Below the pieces are notes generated by a model. The model did no database searches. It had not been told where the DNA came from and worked only from the letters and a program-made list of their open reading frames with translations. This document shows, piece by piece, positions 11,605 through 23,560 of a stretch of DNA of 64,000 nt (the stretch's first letter is position 1; each line of letters starts with the position of its first letter). The stretch is taken from positions 372,001-436,000 of the forward strand of contig NW_027191417.1 in the NCBI RefSeq assembly GCF_041146345.1, read 5' to 3'. This stretch comes from Neodothiora populina. Lineage: Eukaryota. The position numbers and the translations under genes were made by a program.

Positions 11605-12579
11605 TCATACACTAAGCTTTCCCGCCTGATGATGGAGTATATCTGATTGCTGTCGTCTAGCATTTTTGCACTGTTCTTCCCAGACCGAAGACCAGGAGAA
11701 CGAATTCCAGATCTCGTCGGTTGCAAGAGTTGCTATCTGTGCTTGTCGCCGAACTTCTCCAATTACGCTGTGCTCCGATATAAGCCTTTGGTTTTCCGGC
11801 CCTCCAAGTAAATTTTCGGTAGGTAAATCGTGCAGCAGCTGCTCCATGATAATGGCGAAGTGCTGTTGAACAGAAACGTAATAATTATCAACTCTTGGTA
11901 ATGCAAATCCAGGGAGTTGTTTCTCTGCGGCGACAAGTGGCAGGAAGTCCTGATGGCCCTTTAGGGCCACGAAAAATGCTTCATTATGAAGACATCGCTC
12001 CTGCAAACACAGATTCCAGGGACATATCGGATCCGTCCATCCGTACTGTGAGCCTGTGAGGTCAACAGCGAATATCTCTCCCGACTTGAGCGTCACACGC
12101 CAACATTCATGGCGGTAGTCGAAATTGCTGAATGAAGGGCTGCCATCCGGTTCCATTGTGACAATCAAGGGCGGTTCTTTCAACAGAAACATTGCCACCT
12201 CGACTTTCTCAGCTATGTCTGTGAAAATGACTATCAGCTATCCACAGACCGTTAACCGGGTTTCAAATTCGGGCATACCGTGAAGAAGCCACTCAATGAC
12301 ACATTGCATATGTCTGACCGCGACATTGCACTGCAGGAAATTCAGTAAGATGGTCTTATCCTTTGGCGTTCTACACAAATTATTCGGCAATACAGTCAGA
12401 GGGCTCGTAGTCCCTGGACGCCTTTTAATGGTTTTTTCCAGACATCCGCTACGCAGGATCAAACGACGTGGGCTTTTCCATATGATTTGGTCTGTTTCAT
12501 CTGCGTATATTTCTTCTCTATAGGCAAGCCATACTTTGTTGAGCAGTTCAATCGCCTGGCGAAGGCGAGCCTCACTCAT
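11605..12579 (-). CDS. Array copy C: putative Cys-His-Asp domain protein, no MYND finger
   Basis: Two exons with a phase-1 intron at 12219-12278. Motifs LRQAIELLNKVWLAYRE, LLNFLQCNVA and RHECWRVTLKSGEIFAVDLTGSQYGWTDP. TATATAAG at 12741-12748. Confidence 0.82.
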
Positions 12580-14038
12580 AGGTACTCGGATGTCGATTGC
12601 GAAGTGGTAATGGTATAATTCAATCTATGACGCCCAGGATGTATAAGGCTGTCGAATCGTAGTATGACGCTTTTAGACTCGGTGCTTCTAAGTTAGATCA
12701 ATAAACGAAGGTTGTCTTTCAACCAGGACGTTTTCAGGGTCTTATATACACAAAATATCAATTGAACTACAATGGAAAGCTGGACAACGGGAGAAGGTAA
12801 ATGTTATATTCCTACCTCGCCGCGGGAGAAGGTGACAAAGTGGTAATGGTGGTGGTAAGAGTGGCACGCATACCTTACCTTTGCCTTCACCCTTACCTTA
12901 CCCTTACCTCTCCTACCACGGCCGACCCACCTAAGCTCCCCAGGCCAGCCGCGCTGTTCCCGTCCGGCATCCCTCGGCGATTGTGACAAGCAGCGCAGAC
13001 GTACAGTAGTAGTAGAACGCTTACTATATCCATCATTATCCTCATCGTCATTGCTTCCCTTGCCCCCCCTTACCTTACTGTACCCTTCCGCCCAGTCTTG
13101 ACAATATTACAAACAAAGAAAGAAAGATAAACAACCGTTATTTCCTCCACCCGCTCTCTCGTCTACTAGTAAGCCTGCCTCCAAAGAAATCCCACGCGCT
13201 CGGCTGCCGGCCGCGTGACATCGTTAGAAAGCGGGCAAGGCAAAACCAAAAAAAAGCTTGTCACTAGAAAAAGTGTCGCACGCTGCGCCCGTGAAGTACC
13301 GAGACATTTTCTGTGTCTTTGGAGCTGGGCGACGCTACACTACTACTACTACTGTATGTCGTTCTTCATCAAGCGCCGTGCAAGCCCGCTGGACGCACGT
13401 GGATGGCTATCTCAGTTTTGGTTTTCAAGTCTCCGGTGTGAGGGTCCTTTTGCTATGTAGCTTGATGTCATTGGGGTCGATTCTTCTAAGACTGATATAA
13501 TATAGAAGTAAAGGTGGGTTGATTAACGTACTAAGGATGCTGTAGAACTGTAAGTGTCGGAGGAACTTGGAAGATTATTCCCGGCTAGGTATACCCGCTT
13601 AGCGGCGGCGGTACTGGGTCTCGCCAGTATAAGGTGATGTGTACTGTTTGCAAGATGTCTGGTCACTGCTGCGCGATTTGAGCTCTCGAGGGCAAGATCA
13701 CTGCAAAATAATGTCGGAAAAGGCAGGTAAGGTTGATGTGGGCGACATGGGCTGGGTAAGTTGGTGTGTTGTGCGAGGCAGTACTACTGAAGCATCTTGA
13801 TATGCATTCATTAAATTTGAGCTGGGGGTTGTAGTCCTCCAAAAGAGTGATTGATATTATGATAGATATAGAGCCGTCTCAATAACCGCATATAAGCAAA
13901 GTGGTATCTGATGAAAATCACTCATCCCTCCCATCTCAAAGGCAATTGTACACTCCAAGCCAAATCAACACCAGCTCATCTGAGCATTTGTAACAGGAAA
14001 AAGCCTCGCCATCCCCAGCTCCAATCTTATATATATCT

Positions 14039-15083
14039 TCAATCCTCGTCTTCTCTGTCAGACTCCTGACTGAGCGCATATTCCCAGTCACGATCGGTAT
14101 CAGCCCATATATCGTCGGCAAACACCGCTGCTGTCCAAGCACACTCGCAGACCGCAGCGATCAATGCGTCCCTAAATCCTTGAGCTGAATCGTTGCTGTC
14201 ACCACCCGTTCCTGGCGACATGGTTGCCATTACTAGTGCTCTGGTCGCGTCATGCCTCGACAGAGAAGTCTGCAGACCCTCGTTGAAGTAACGCAACACC
14301 GATGCACGATGGTGGGGTCGCTTGTGCACTTCGGTGTCCCATCTGTCGTTGTCGCCGGTACTGCTGTTACCCGCATGTTCCAGAAGAGATAGACGCGAAT
14401 CAGCGCTTCCATCACCCTCGCCGGTAGCTGGCTGCTGCGAAGGCGGGCTCGCCTGATAATCCCAGCGTATATCGAGGAGTTCTTGCCACGCGCATACAGG
14501 GTCAAACCAGCCGTATTGTGAGCCAGTAAGGTCTAGAGCCCAGAGGCTGCCGTCCAGGAGTGTGATTTTATATACTGAATGAAGAGGCTGCATGTTGTGG
14601 ATTGTGGCTACGTTTGTAACCTCCTGCCAGACCTTGAAGACAGTACCCTGTACATGGAAGAACACCACTTCAAGAGATTGGATTATACCTAGAACCGATT
14701 TTGCTACCGTCAGACATTCTATCATGGTAGCTAAGAACGCCGATAGTCATGCTGATGGAGGGCATGAAAGATGGTAAGAGAAAGTGGATCTCACTTTGTA
14801 GAAGCCAGCGGCTGAGCTTTTCCATATGTTTGCATGCCATACCACAAGAGAACTGGTCGAGAAGGATGACTTCCTCACGCTTGTCGAGACAAAGCTCCTT
14901 TGGGCATCTATATATCAGGCCTGCCGGCCGCCTTTTCGGCGCTGTAAAGTGAGACACCAGGACGATGTTCTGCGGGTCGTCCCATCTTATGTCGACGATG
15001 TCCTGGTCAAAAGTTTCTTGCCGATATGCGTGCCATGCATCCAGTAGTATAGCTGCCGCACGTCGCAGCAGTGGTTCGGTCAT
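14039..15083 (-). CDS. Array copy D: putative Cys-His-Asp domain protein, no MYND finger
   Basis: Two exons with a phase-1 intron at 14689-14794 (alternative in-frame acceptor at 14731). Motifs LRRAAAILLDAWHAYRQE, LLDQFSCGMA and LHSVYKITLLDGSLWALDLTGSQYGWFDP. TATATAA near 15211-15219. Confidence 0.82.
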
Positions 15084-16169
15084 CACTTCTGGTTTCGTAT
15101 TACTAACTGGGAGGGGTATTACTGGGGATTGAGTCCGAAATCGTTCGACAGCTAGATGCTGCTGTGCGCTTGGGGACGGTACATCTATTTACTCCGCGAA
15201 GTATAGATAGTTATATATAGCATCAACGTGAACGAGTAGATCTTGTAATTCATGGTTGCGTTGTACGGCTGACAACGCTTGAGTATCATGAGGTCGTACA
15301 AGAAACGCTTGTGAGGGTGGTTCGTTATGCTTGCTATGCAACATCGATAGAATGTGATTTCTTGACCGGTATACTATTATTTCGAGTATCAGTGTTTGCG
15401 CACATGAGCGCACGTGGGTTGTGCAAGGTAGCTATCGTCAATCAAGCCTGGTCGCGGAGAAGGAACGTAACAGGTGAATTTCCACAAGCACTCTTAGGCA
15501 GAATACTATCGGTCATATACGCAGTCGCTGTGGGTTTCAGGTAGAGTTTCGATGCTAGCGATTGTTTGAATGCCAAACCACATGACGTGTCTGTGTAACA
15601 TCTTGGTCGAGGTGGATATGCTGCACTTGCACGGGACAGATGACCTGGCACATCTATCATGCGGCAGGCGACGTGCCCATTAGCTGCCCAACGGTCCTGC
15701 AAGGAGACAAGTTTTGCTTTAATAAAGGGGTCGTGATGGCGAAGTTTCATAATAAGGACTGTATGAGTGATTGTGATACCTGCGAAGCCGTGAATACTGG
15801 AAAGACTGAACCACTCGTAAGCACGAAACTTCAGGGTACATGTATAGTGAGCTTGGCACATTAACGATCGAGCACTTAGGCGCTCAGTGGGTTGCGAGGG
15901 AACATCATAAATTAGAAAAGAGAAAGGTGCGTAGTTTGTGGAGAGAAAAGACCAAACCTATTGCTTTTATCTCATCTGACCTGATCCGGGAGATAACATG
16001 TGGGCATTTCATCATTCTTCAACCAATCCGTTTTACACGCTCAAATTCCTCTCTTTCCTCGTTGCGATAAAGACGTCGCCCATCTTGTCATTCCCAACGC
16101 CAATAATGCCTTTAGCAATAAGTAAATCAGAAGAGCAAAAGATGTGAACAGTCGACATCAGCAGGAGTT

Positions 16170-17106
16170 TTATGTTGCCTTCTTGGCGAACTCGACACGG
16201 AGAATCAGGTGACCGTAACCGAAGCCGTCCATCTTCTCGCATGCTAGCGCAGCATCAGAGCGATCGACGAAAGAAACGAAAGCGAAGCCCTTTGCCCTGC
16301 CCGTTTCCCGGTCCTTAGCAAGGAAGACACGAGTGACACGGCCGAAACGTTCGAACAATGCGCGGAGTTCGTCTTCTTCGGCGAACTCGGAGACCTGATG
16401 TATATAGATTAGTGTTGAATCTCAAAAGTGTTTGTCGCAAGAGAAAACGCACGTTGGTGACACGTAGAGTAGCCAGATCGTCCCTCTCGTACTTTCCACC
16501 CATTCTCTCGCCGCCAGCACTGCCACCGTTTCTCATGTGAGGAGGAACGTATGAGGAACCGCCCTTGCCCAAGCCACTGCCCAGTCCTTCCAGAGTCTTG
16601 GATCCGACCTCCTCGCCCAGGTCTGGGGGACCAGCTCCAGCCTCTCCCTCGGGTGCCATGGTGTCCTTGAAGGGACACTTGGTGGTGAAATGGTCGCCGG
16701 AACAGATACGACACTTGATGGCCATCTTCTTGAGAGCCTCGGTCTTCTTGTCCTCCTCGGCGCTGGGGGCCTCAGCGGCACCAGACTTGTATCCAACAAC
16801 TGGTCGGAAGATGATGTTCTCACCAAGGGTGGTGGTGTCGCTGTGAGGGCCGGGTGCACGGTTTGCCTCAATTCCCATCTTGGGCCACTGTCTGCGCTCT
16901 GCGACTCCGGGCTTCTCGTAGATACGCTTGGTGATGGTTCGGATGCGCTGGGTGCGCTTGACTTTCTTGCCATCTTCGTTCAGGAAAACGGTGACGATGG
17001 TCTCGGTACCATCCTTGTTCTTGGTGCGTGTGGGTTGCGGCAGAGCAGAGGCGAGATCTGGCTCGTCGTCCTCGGCCCAGTCGGTGCGTCCTGGCGTGTT
17101 GGACAT
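16170..17106 (-). CDS. TIF35: Translation initiation factor eIF3 subunit g
   Basis: DWAEDDE N-terminus, zinc knuckle [24 protein letters not shown], and a C-terminal RRM (AKGFAFVSF). Intron 16395-16452. Confidence 0.97.
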
Positions 17107-17884
17107 GATTGTGGTAGATGTGATGGTCCCTCTGATGCGTGAGGCTGTTGCGACAAGGAGAGATGCTGAGTGATGGGACAGATGCTTGTTGCAGGTTCTG
17201 ACACTTTCTTGATCCTCACCGTCGTCTCTTTCAAACGCACTCAAAGCATTCTCCACGCGAATTTCAATTCTGCCAAGATTTACACCGGATCGGTGGTCGG
17301 GGCTGAAATCGCTCCGACTCCAGGTCGCCAAGACCCAAGTATACTCGATAAGCTGGACAGCCGCATACGTTATCATGCTTTTACTAGGTACCTTAATTAC
17401 TCAGAGGCAAGGTAACGTATTCTAGGCACTCTGATTATCGATCTAACCGATTGCTATGTAAGCTGTTCTTCTTACACACATGCACTATCACACCGACGTT
17501 ATTACCAAGCCTTCGCTCTCTCGGACAATGTCGCCCTTGAGACCATGAGCTCGCTTGCGTAAGGCCGTCGACGGCCGCGGTATGATTGTGAGGCCGCGCA
17601 GACTGTACGCTTCAGCAAAGGTATAAGAGTAAGCCTCGAGGCGCCGTGAACATGATTTATCATTCAGACATCCCTCCATCATCAGCTCTCATATCCGCAA
17701 TCATCAGATATCATACCAATCAATAAGCACCTCACCATAACACTCAAGCATTCTACCATACCAATCAAGCACCTCAGCTCAACGTGATATATTCTCTACT
17801 GTCGTCCTTTCCCTTTTTTCTACCTTCCTCATCAATCACCTCTTATCCCTCTGCGATAGCAAAAGAATACACATAATTGCAATC

Positions 17885-18817
17885 ATGTCCAAGGGCCTAC
17901 TTGTCACTGGCGCCACAGGCAAACAGGGTGGCGCTACTATTGATGCACTGCTTACTGCCCCCGGTGGTAGCGCTTACACAATCTTGGCCGTCACCCGATC
18001 GGCTGCCACATCACCTTCTGCACAGCGTCTGACCTCGAAGGCGTCCAATGTCAAGATTGTACAAGGTGACATGGATGACGTTCCGGCCATATTCTATGCA
18101 GCCAAAGCTGTACATCCTTCCGGCGTCTGGGGGGTCTTGAGCATTCAAGCGCCAGTGGGCAAAGGGCAAACGGTCGAGAAAGAAGAAATCCAAGGCAAAA
18201 CCCTCGTCGACGAAGCTCTGAAATCTGGTGTCAAGCAATTCGTCTATTCATCTGTGGATCGCGGCGGTGACCAAAAGTCGGCTTCCACCGCGACTCCGGT
18301 CCCACACTTCGCAAGCAAGTACAACATTGAGCAACACCTCATCAAGCAGGCCAATGGTAGTGGCATGGACTATACGATCTTACGTCCGGTCGGCTTCATG
18401 GAGAACCTCACCCCGGATTTCATGGGAAAGATGTTTGGCGCCATGTGGATCGCATCTCTACCTAAAGACCGCAAACTGCAGCTCGTATCCACTACCGATG
18501 TCGGCCATTTCGCAGCTCAGGCGTTCCTTCGACCTGAGCAATACAAGAATCGCGCCCTCAGTCTGGCCGGTGATGACCTGACCTTCGCCGAGACCAGCAA
18601 GATATTCAAGGAGAAGACAGGCAGCCCTGCCCCTCATACTTATAGCTTCCTGGGCCGCGCCTTGATGTGGGCTGTCGGAGAGCTGGGTATCATGTTTACT
18701 TGGTTCAAGACTGATGGCTACGGTGCCGATATCCCTGCCTTGAAGAAAGAGTATCCGGGTCTCAAGAACCTTGGCGAATGGCTTGAGCAGAACAGTGCCT
18801 TTTCGAAGAAGGATTAA
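17885..18817 (+). CDS. NmrA-like family NAD(P)-binding protein
   Basis: LLVTGATGKQGGA, FVYSSVDRGG, VPHFASKYNIE, YTILRPVGFMEN and LSLAGDDLT. Single exon, 310 aa. Confidence 0.92.
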   Translation: MSKGLLVTGATGKQGGATIDALLTAPGGSAYTILAVTRSAATSPSAQRLTSKASNVKIVQGDMDDVPAIFYAAKAVHPSGVWGVLSIQAPVGKGQTVEKEEIQGKTLVDEALKSGVKQFVYSSVDRGGDQKSASTATPVPHFASKYNIEQHLIKQANGSGMDYTILRPVGFMENLTPDFMGKMFGAMWIASLPKDRKLQLVSTTDVGHFAAQAFLRPEQYKNRALSLAGDDLTFAETSKIFKEKTGSPAPHTYSFLGRALMWAVGELGIMFTWFKTDGYGADIPALKKEYPGLKNLGEWLEQNSAFSKKD

Positions 18818-19487
18818 TTGGATCCATAAGGTATCAATGAATCGCCGTTATAATGGACGATGGTGTTAGCACAAAAGACAAGAAAAACTGGTTTGAATTT
18901 TGGCAGGAAGCTTAATGACATATGACGCCTAATATTTAATCATCTATTCTAATTCAATTGCAATTTCATCACAACTCTTGATATTTCGAATGATTTCTGA
19001 TAGTAGAAAAAAGCATATTGCCGAAGCATGACTTACTGTACGTCTCTTTTGTCAGGGCATACAGACTGAGCAAACAAGCAAAACGCCTCATGTCTTCCCC
19101 AATAACCCCGCACATAAGTTACTGCATCCGAAAGCCCGCAGCTCTTTTCCCTTCCCCCACCATGACTGCCCCGCATCTAAGAAACAGAAGGCGACCATCA
19201 AGCCTCGGACGACAACTTTACTACAGTAAGATAGTATGACAAGCAGGTCTTCTCCGACTGCATATTGCCGGCTGTATCCACTGGAATAAGGGTACCATCA
19301 TCATGTCGAAGCCTCAGCACCAAAAAACCCCACACAAACGATTGACCTCCAAAAGTAAATAGATACGATGTCCAATCTCGCACTCTTCGCTTCGCGTCTC
19401 CTCTGGCTTGGCTTCGAGAGCGTAAGATTTCGCTTATAAATTGGTATCCTGATTGATTGTGGTTCCTCTGTGCGTCACTGAAAGCAT

Positions 19488-19518
<31 letters not shown>

Positions 19519-19602
19519 TCTTGCTTGGATATAGTCTGCCATCTTCATATCATCCATCAGATACTCAATTGAGCATCTCTCCTCGCACTCGCACTCGCAC
19601 TC
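19488..19602 (+). repeat. (GCTT)7 and (CTCGCA)3 microsatellites upstream of the dehydrogenase gene
   Basis: Seen directly at 19491-19518 and about 19582-19602. Confidence 0.9.
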
Positions 19603-19607
19603 ACGCA

Positions 19608-20737
19608 ATGTCTTCCGAAACGATGAAAGCAGTGGTGTTCAAGGGCCCGCACAGCGTGACTGTCGAGGACCGGCCTGTTCCCAAGATCAAGGAGCCGACG
19701 GACATCATCGTCAAGGTTGAGTATACTGCGCTATGCGGTAGTGAGCTGCACGTCTTTCGAGGCCACCAGCCCAGTCCTACGGGCTTCATCATGGGCCATG
19801 AGTTCACAGGTCGTGTGCACGAGGTATGTGCGAACTTGTGCCTTGAGTTCGTACCACTGCTGACACCAGACACAAGGTCGGCTCGTCAGTCAAGAACTTC
19901 AAAGTCGGCGAATTAGTCGTCTCCCCATTTACCACCTCCTGCGGCGCGTGCTTCTACTGCGAGCAAGGCTTCAGCAGCCGCTGCGTGAAGTGTCAACTCT
20001 TTGGTAGCGCGGGACTCGATGGCGGCCAAGCAGAATATGTACGCATCCCTCTAGCAGACACGACCGCATTCGGGGCACCACAGGGCATCTCGCCCCACGC
20101 TCTGGTGCTCATGGCCGACATCTTCCCGACCGGCTACTACGCCGCGAACAACGCGTACAAGCACTTCACCTCGGACCAGTACTCAAAAAGCACAGTCGTC
20201 CTCCTCGGTCTAGGTCCAGTAGGTCTCTGCGCCCTGCTCAACATCCTCGACCACAAGCCCGCGCACATCATCGCCGTCGATTCTGTGCCCTCGCGTCTCG
20301 ACCTCGCCAAATCCCTCGGCGAGGGCAAAGTCGAGGCCTTCAACTTCATGACCAACGGCGACGAGCTGAAGTCCCGCATTAAGGAATTGACCGACGGCCG
20401 CGGCGCCGACGCCGTCATCGAAGTTGTGGGCTTGTCGCCTGCTCTGCGTCTGGGCTTCGATCTCCTGAGACCATGGGGCATCATCTCCAGCGCGGGCGTG
20501 CACAATGCCGAAATCCCTTGGACCGGCAACGAGGCGTACAATAAGAACGTCAGGATCCAAATGGGCAGGTGTCCAGTTAGGTCCATTTTCCCTCAGGCGC
20601 TCGAGAAGCTCGAGGTCATGCAGGATAAATTGGGCTTCATGGCTGATCGCGTCATGGGCCTCAGTGAGGCTGTCGAGGGCTATGATTTGTTTGATAAGAT
20701 GAAGGCGCAGAAGGTCATGTTTGATGCTACCAAGTAA
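19608..20737 (+). CDS. Zinc-dependent medium-chain alcohol dehydrogenase (FDH-like MDR)
   Basis: ALCGSELH and MGHEFTG, intron 19824-19876, structural Zn motif CGACFYC..C, ADIFPTG and GLGPVG. Confidence 0.93.
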
Positions 20738-21465
20738 GCGATAGGGGCATGTTTGTTTTCTCGTGATTTGTTTTTGCCTCTCCTGGCAACTTCTTCTTGA
20801 TTTCATGAGTATTTGGAAACTCATGTATTGGATGGTGTGAAGACTTCTTGCAATTGAATCTGGCTGGTGCCCTTACGAACACCGCACAAGTCCGCTGCTC
20901 TTCTTGATACCTCGCTCTTACCATGTCTCTTCTTGTCAATACCCCGCTTTCTGGATCCCCAAGAGTCTTTTTGCGACTTTGAACGTTTGGCAGTCCCACT
21001 CTGAGTGAAGTATTTCTGAAATGAATTGTAAACTTGATAATAGTCCGTGTCTTATCTGCTGTGCATGTTTGTCACACAAACACGAGTGCCAGTCGCGCCT
21101 GTCTGCGCCTGAAATTTGACTGAATGTCCCATGTGCCTTGCATGTTTCTCGAAACGCCCCCCAATAATCCCCGAATTGCACCAAAAATTCGCCCTTCTTC
21201 ATGGGGTTGTTTCCTTGTCCCCCAATTCCCATGACTCCCCCATTCCTTATCCAAAGCCTGATCTCCGATCCTTCGGTCTCAAGAACGGCACGTCGGCCGA
21301 TGATTGAGTGAATTTCCCATGATAAAAACGCCGTCATCAACACGTTGAAATACGAGGAGATGCACCTGTTCCTCTTGATTTCCTTTTTTTTTCTCTTTCC
21401 TCCTCTTGTGCATGTCCTTCTCTGCGTCCTGTCTACTTCTTTACCTCCGAATGGAAATTGACTCC

Positions 21466-21923
21466 TTAATTGACCTGAGCGAGCAACTCTGCCTCAAGGA
21501 TAAATTTTCCCTCCTTGTACTTCTCTGCAGGTTCGTAGGCCTTGTCATATTTCCAGCCGACAGTCTCCTTGCAGTGGCGACAGTATATGTCGCGGACAGT
21601 GTGACGGCCCGTCGTCATGTTGCGTTCGGTCGCGTCGCCCTGAGTCACGTTTACGACCGAGTTGAATAGGTAAGCTTTGCCGTGTTGGCCTCTGAAATTC
21701 TAGAGAAGAGAAAGAGTGTCATTGTAAGCTTATTTACAGTCATTCGGTAGGATTTTGGAGTGTGAGGGCGTCATCTTTGAGAGAGGTAGGGGCAGTCGTA
21801 TCGTGATCAGGCAGGCAAACTCACTCTACTGATGATTTCATCGTGATCTGCGAGGTGAGTCTTGCATGCTTTACAGCCATAGATCCTTGAAGCGTTGAGA
21901 TAGACGTTGTATGCGAGACCCAT
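21466..21923 (-). CDS. MOH1: Yippee-like zinc-binding protein (Moh1/YPEL)
   Basis: [19 protein letters not shown], intron 21700-21824, then [43 protein letters not shown]. Confidence 0.93.
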
Positions 21924-23560
21924 GTCGTCGGAGTCTGGTTTGTGGGTTGGGCTCAAGGTCGCTTCGAACGACTTGAAGTAAACGACGAGAGCTGACAAAT
22001 CAGACGAGAGAGTCAAGACGACGGCAACAAAGGGGCGGCAAATTGTCAAAATTCAAAGAGCGAAGCTGCACGTGGTGATCGAGACAAGATTGCCTAGGTA
22101 TAGGCACGCAGTAGAGTGACCGAAGACAGTGTTCTGGCGTCAAGCTACGACGAAGACTCTTGGACGCTTCTCGAAAGACGATGGATGGATGGATGGATGG
22201 AGAATCGGCCAGATTCAGCACGAGACAGGATTTATGGCAACAGGCGAGCTACTGCAAAGGTGCACGCCAGCTGAGGGACGTGTTACACGAGACAGTGAAT
22301 TGGATGGAGTGTTGGCGAATGACTTGGTAGCTGTTGGAAGGAAGGCTTGGTCGGCTTGAAGCGGACTTAAGCGAGCGATAGGTGGAGCAATCTAGCCGCA
22401 AATGGGGACGGGATATCAGTAAGGAGGACCTTTGATGACGAGCCTGGCTGCTGGATTCGTATGTAAGTAGATAAACGTAAGCATATAAGTATATGCGAGA
22501 CAGTGGACTGCGGAAGTGAGTGAAGATCGCAGAAGTAAGCCAAAGGACGATGGACGATGGTTGGCTGTAGTCTGGGCGCAGAGCATGTGGTTCGAAGAGG
22601 GCGGGGCAATGATGATTAGTGCTATCCTGTGATCGTCCTACTCTGTATTCCAGGGCAGCTTCTAATCCTTAGGCGGTAAGGTGCCCTCTGAGTACCTCAA
22701 GGTCGTTAGAGCTAACTGTTACAGGCGACACTGTGAGACCTGAGTCGTCGGTTTACAAAAGCCCATCACGTGTACAGCACAATACGATGAGCGAAGGCTA
22801 GTGCGAATATAGCCTCGTCTCAAACTACTGCTATCTCATCTCAAGAGCAGCCAGGTACACTATCAGAAAACCCACGGATAAGCAAGTGACAATCACCCAT
22901 CGTGCGCTTTTCTCCGTCAATGCTCAAAGGTAAATAAATAGCTTCACTGATATTCCGGGTCAATAACATGCCGTCTACGGTCCATCAGGCCCCAGGATCC
23001 TGTCTGCAGCACTGTCACCATGAATTGGGCAGACGACAGAGCCTTTGCATGCTTAACCTTGCTTATCGTCCCCGCCAAGGTTGAACAGCATCAAATGTCC
23101 TTGTTCCTACATATTTGAACCTCCCAGCAGAGTGGGATCAAATGAATGACCCTTCCGGATATGCAGGCTGAAGTATCGACGCACTCTGCCATCTGCAGTG
23201 TATCTCCGATCGCTTATAGCAACGATAATTGGTACCTCACTTGTAGGCAATCGATTGTTCAGATCAACGACCATCTGGAACGAAACAATGTTATTATCGT
23301 ACCAGCTCTACAATAATGTCCCTTGGTAGGACTTGCCGGGAAGAAAAATTGCGACACTGACTGCAGGATGACAGGGGCTTGTGAGCCGACAAATCGCCCC
23401 GTCCACGACGAGCTGCAAGACTGGGAGACCCAGCACAATTTCAACTGCAGGAGAGTCTATGGAGCAAGATAATCGACTGTATCTCGGGAATGCAGTACCG
23501 TGCCGTTGAGGAGTGATGCAACTCCATCGACTCGGTGTCTGCCGCTTGCTCATCGACAAA

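Noticed and set aside
11414..11610. Splice fusion of copies C and B via GTATGA at the end of copy C
   Set aside because: No convincing branch point and acceptor found, and copy B has its own TATAAA. Not fully excluded without transcripts.
13845..13923. 8-bp terminal stem (GAGTGATT/AATCACTC) enclosing a CTGA, suggesting a C/D snoRNA
   Set aside because: No proper box C (RTGATGA) and no rRNA guide that I could identify.
16315..17376. 353-aa ORF-track version of eIF3g with a long N-terminal extension
   Set aside because: The family N-terminus begins at ATG 17106 and the true C-terminus needs intron 16395-16452.
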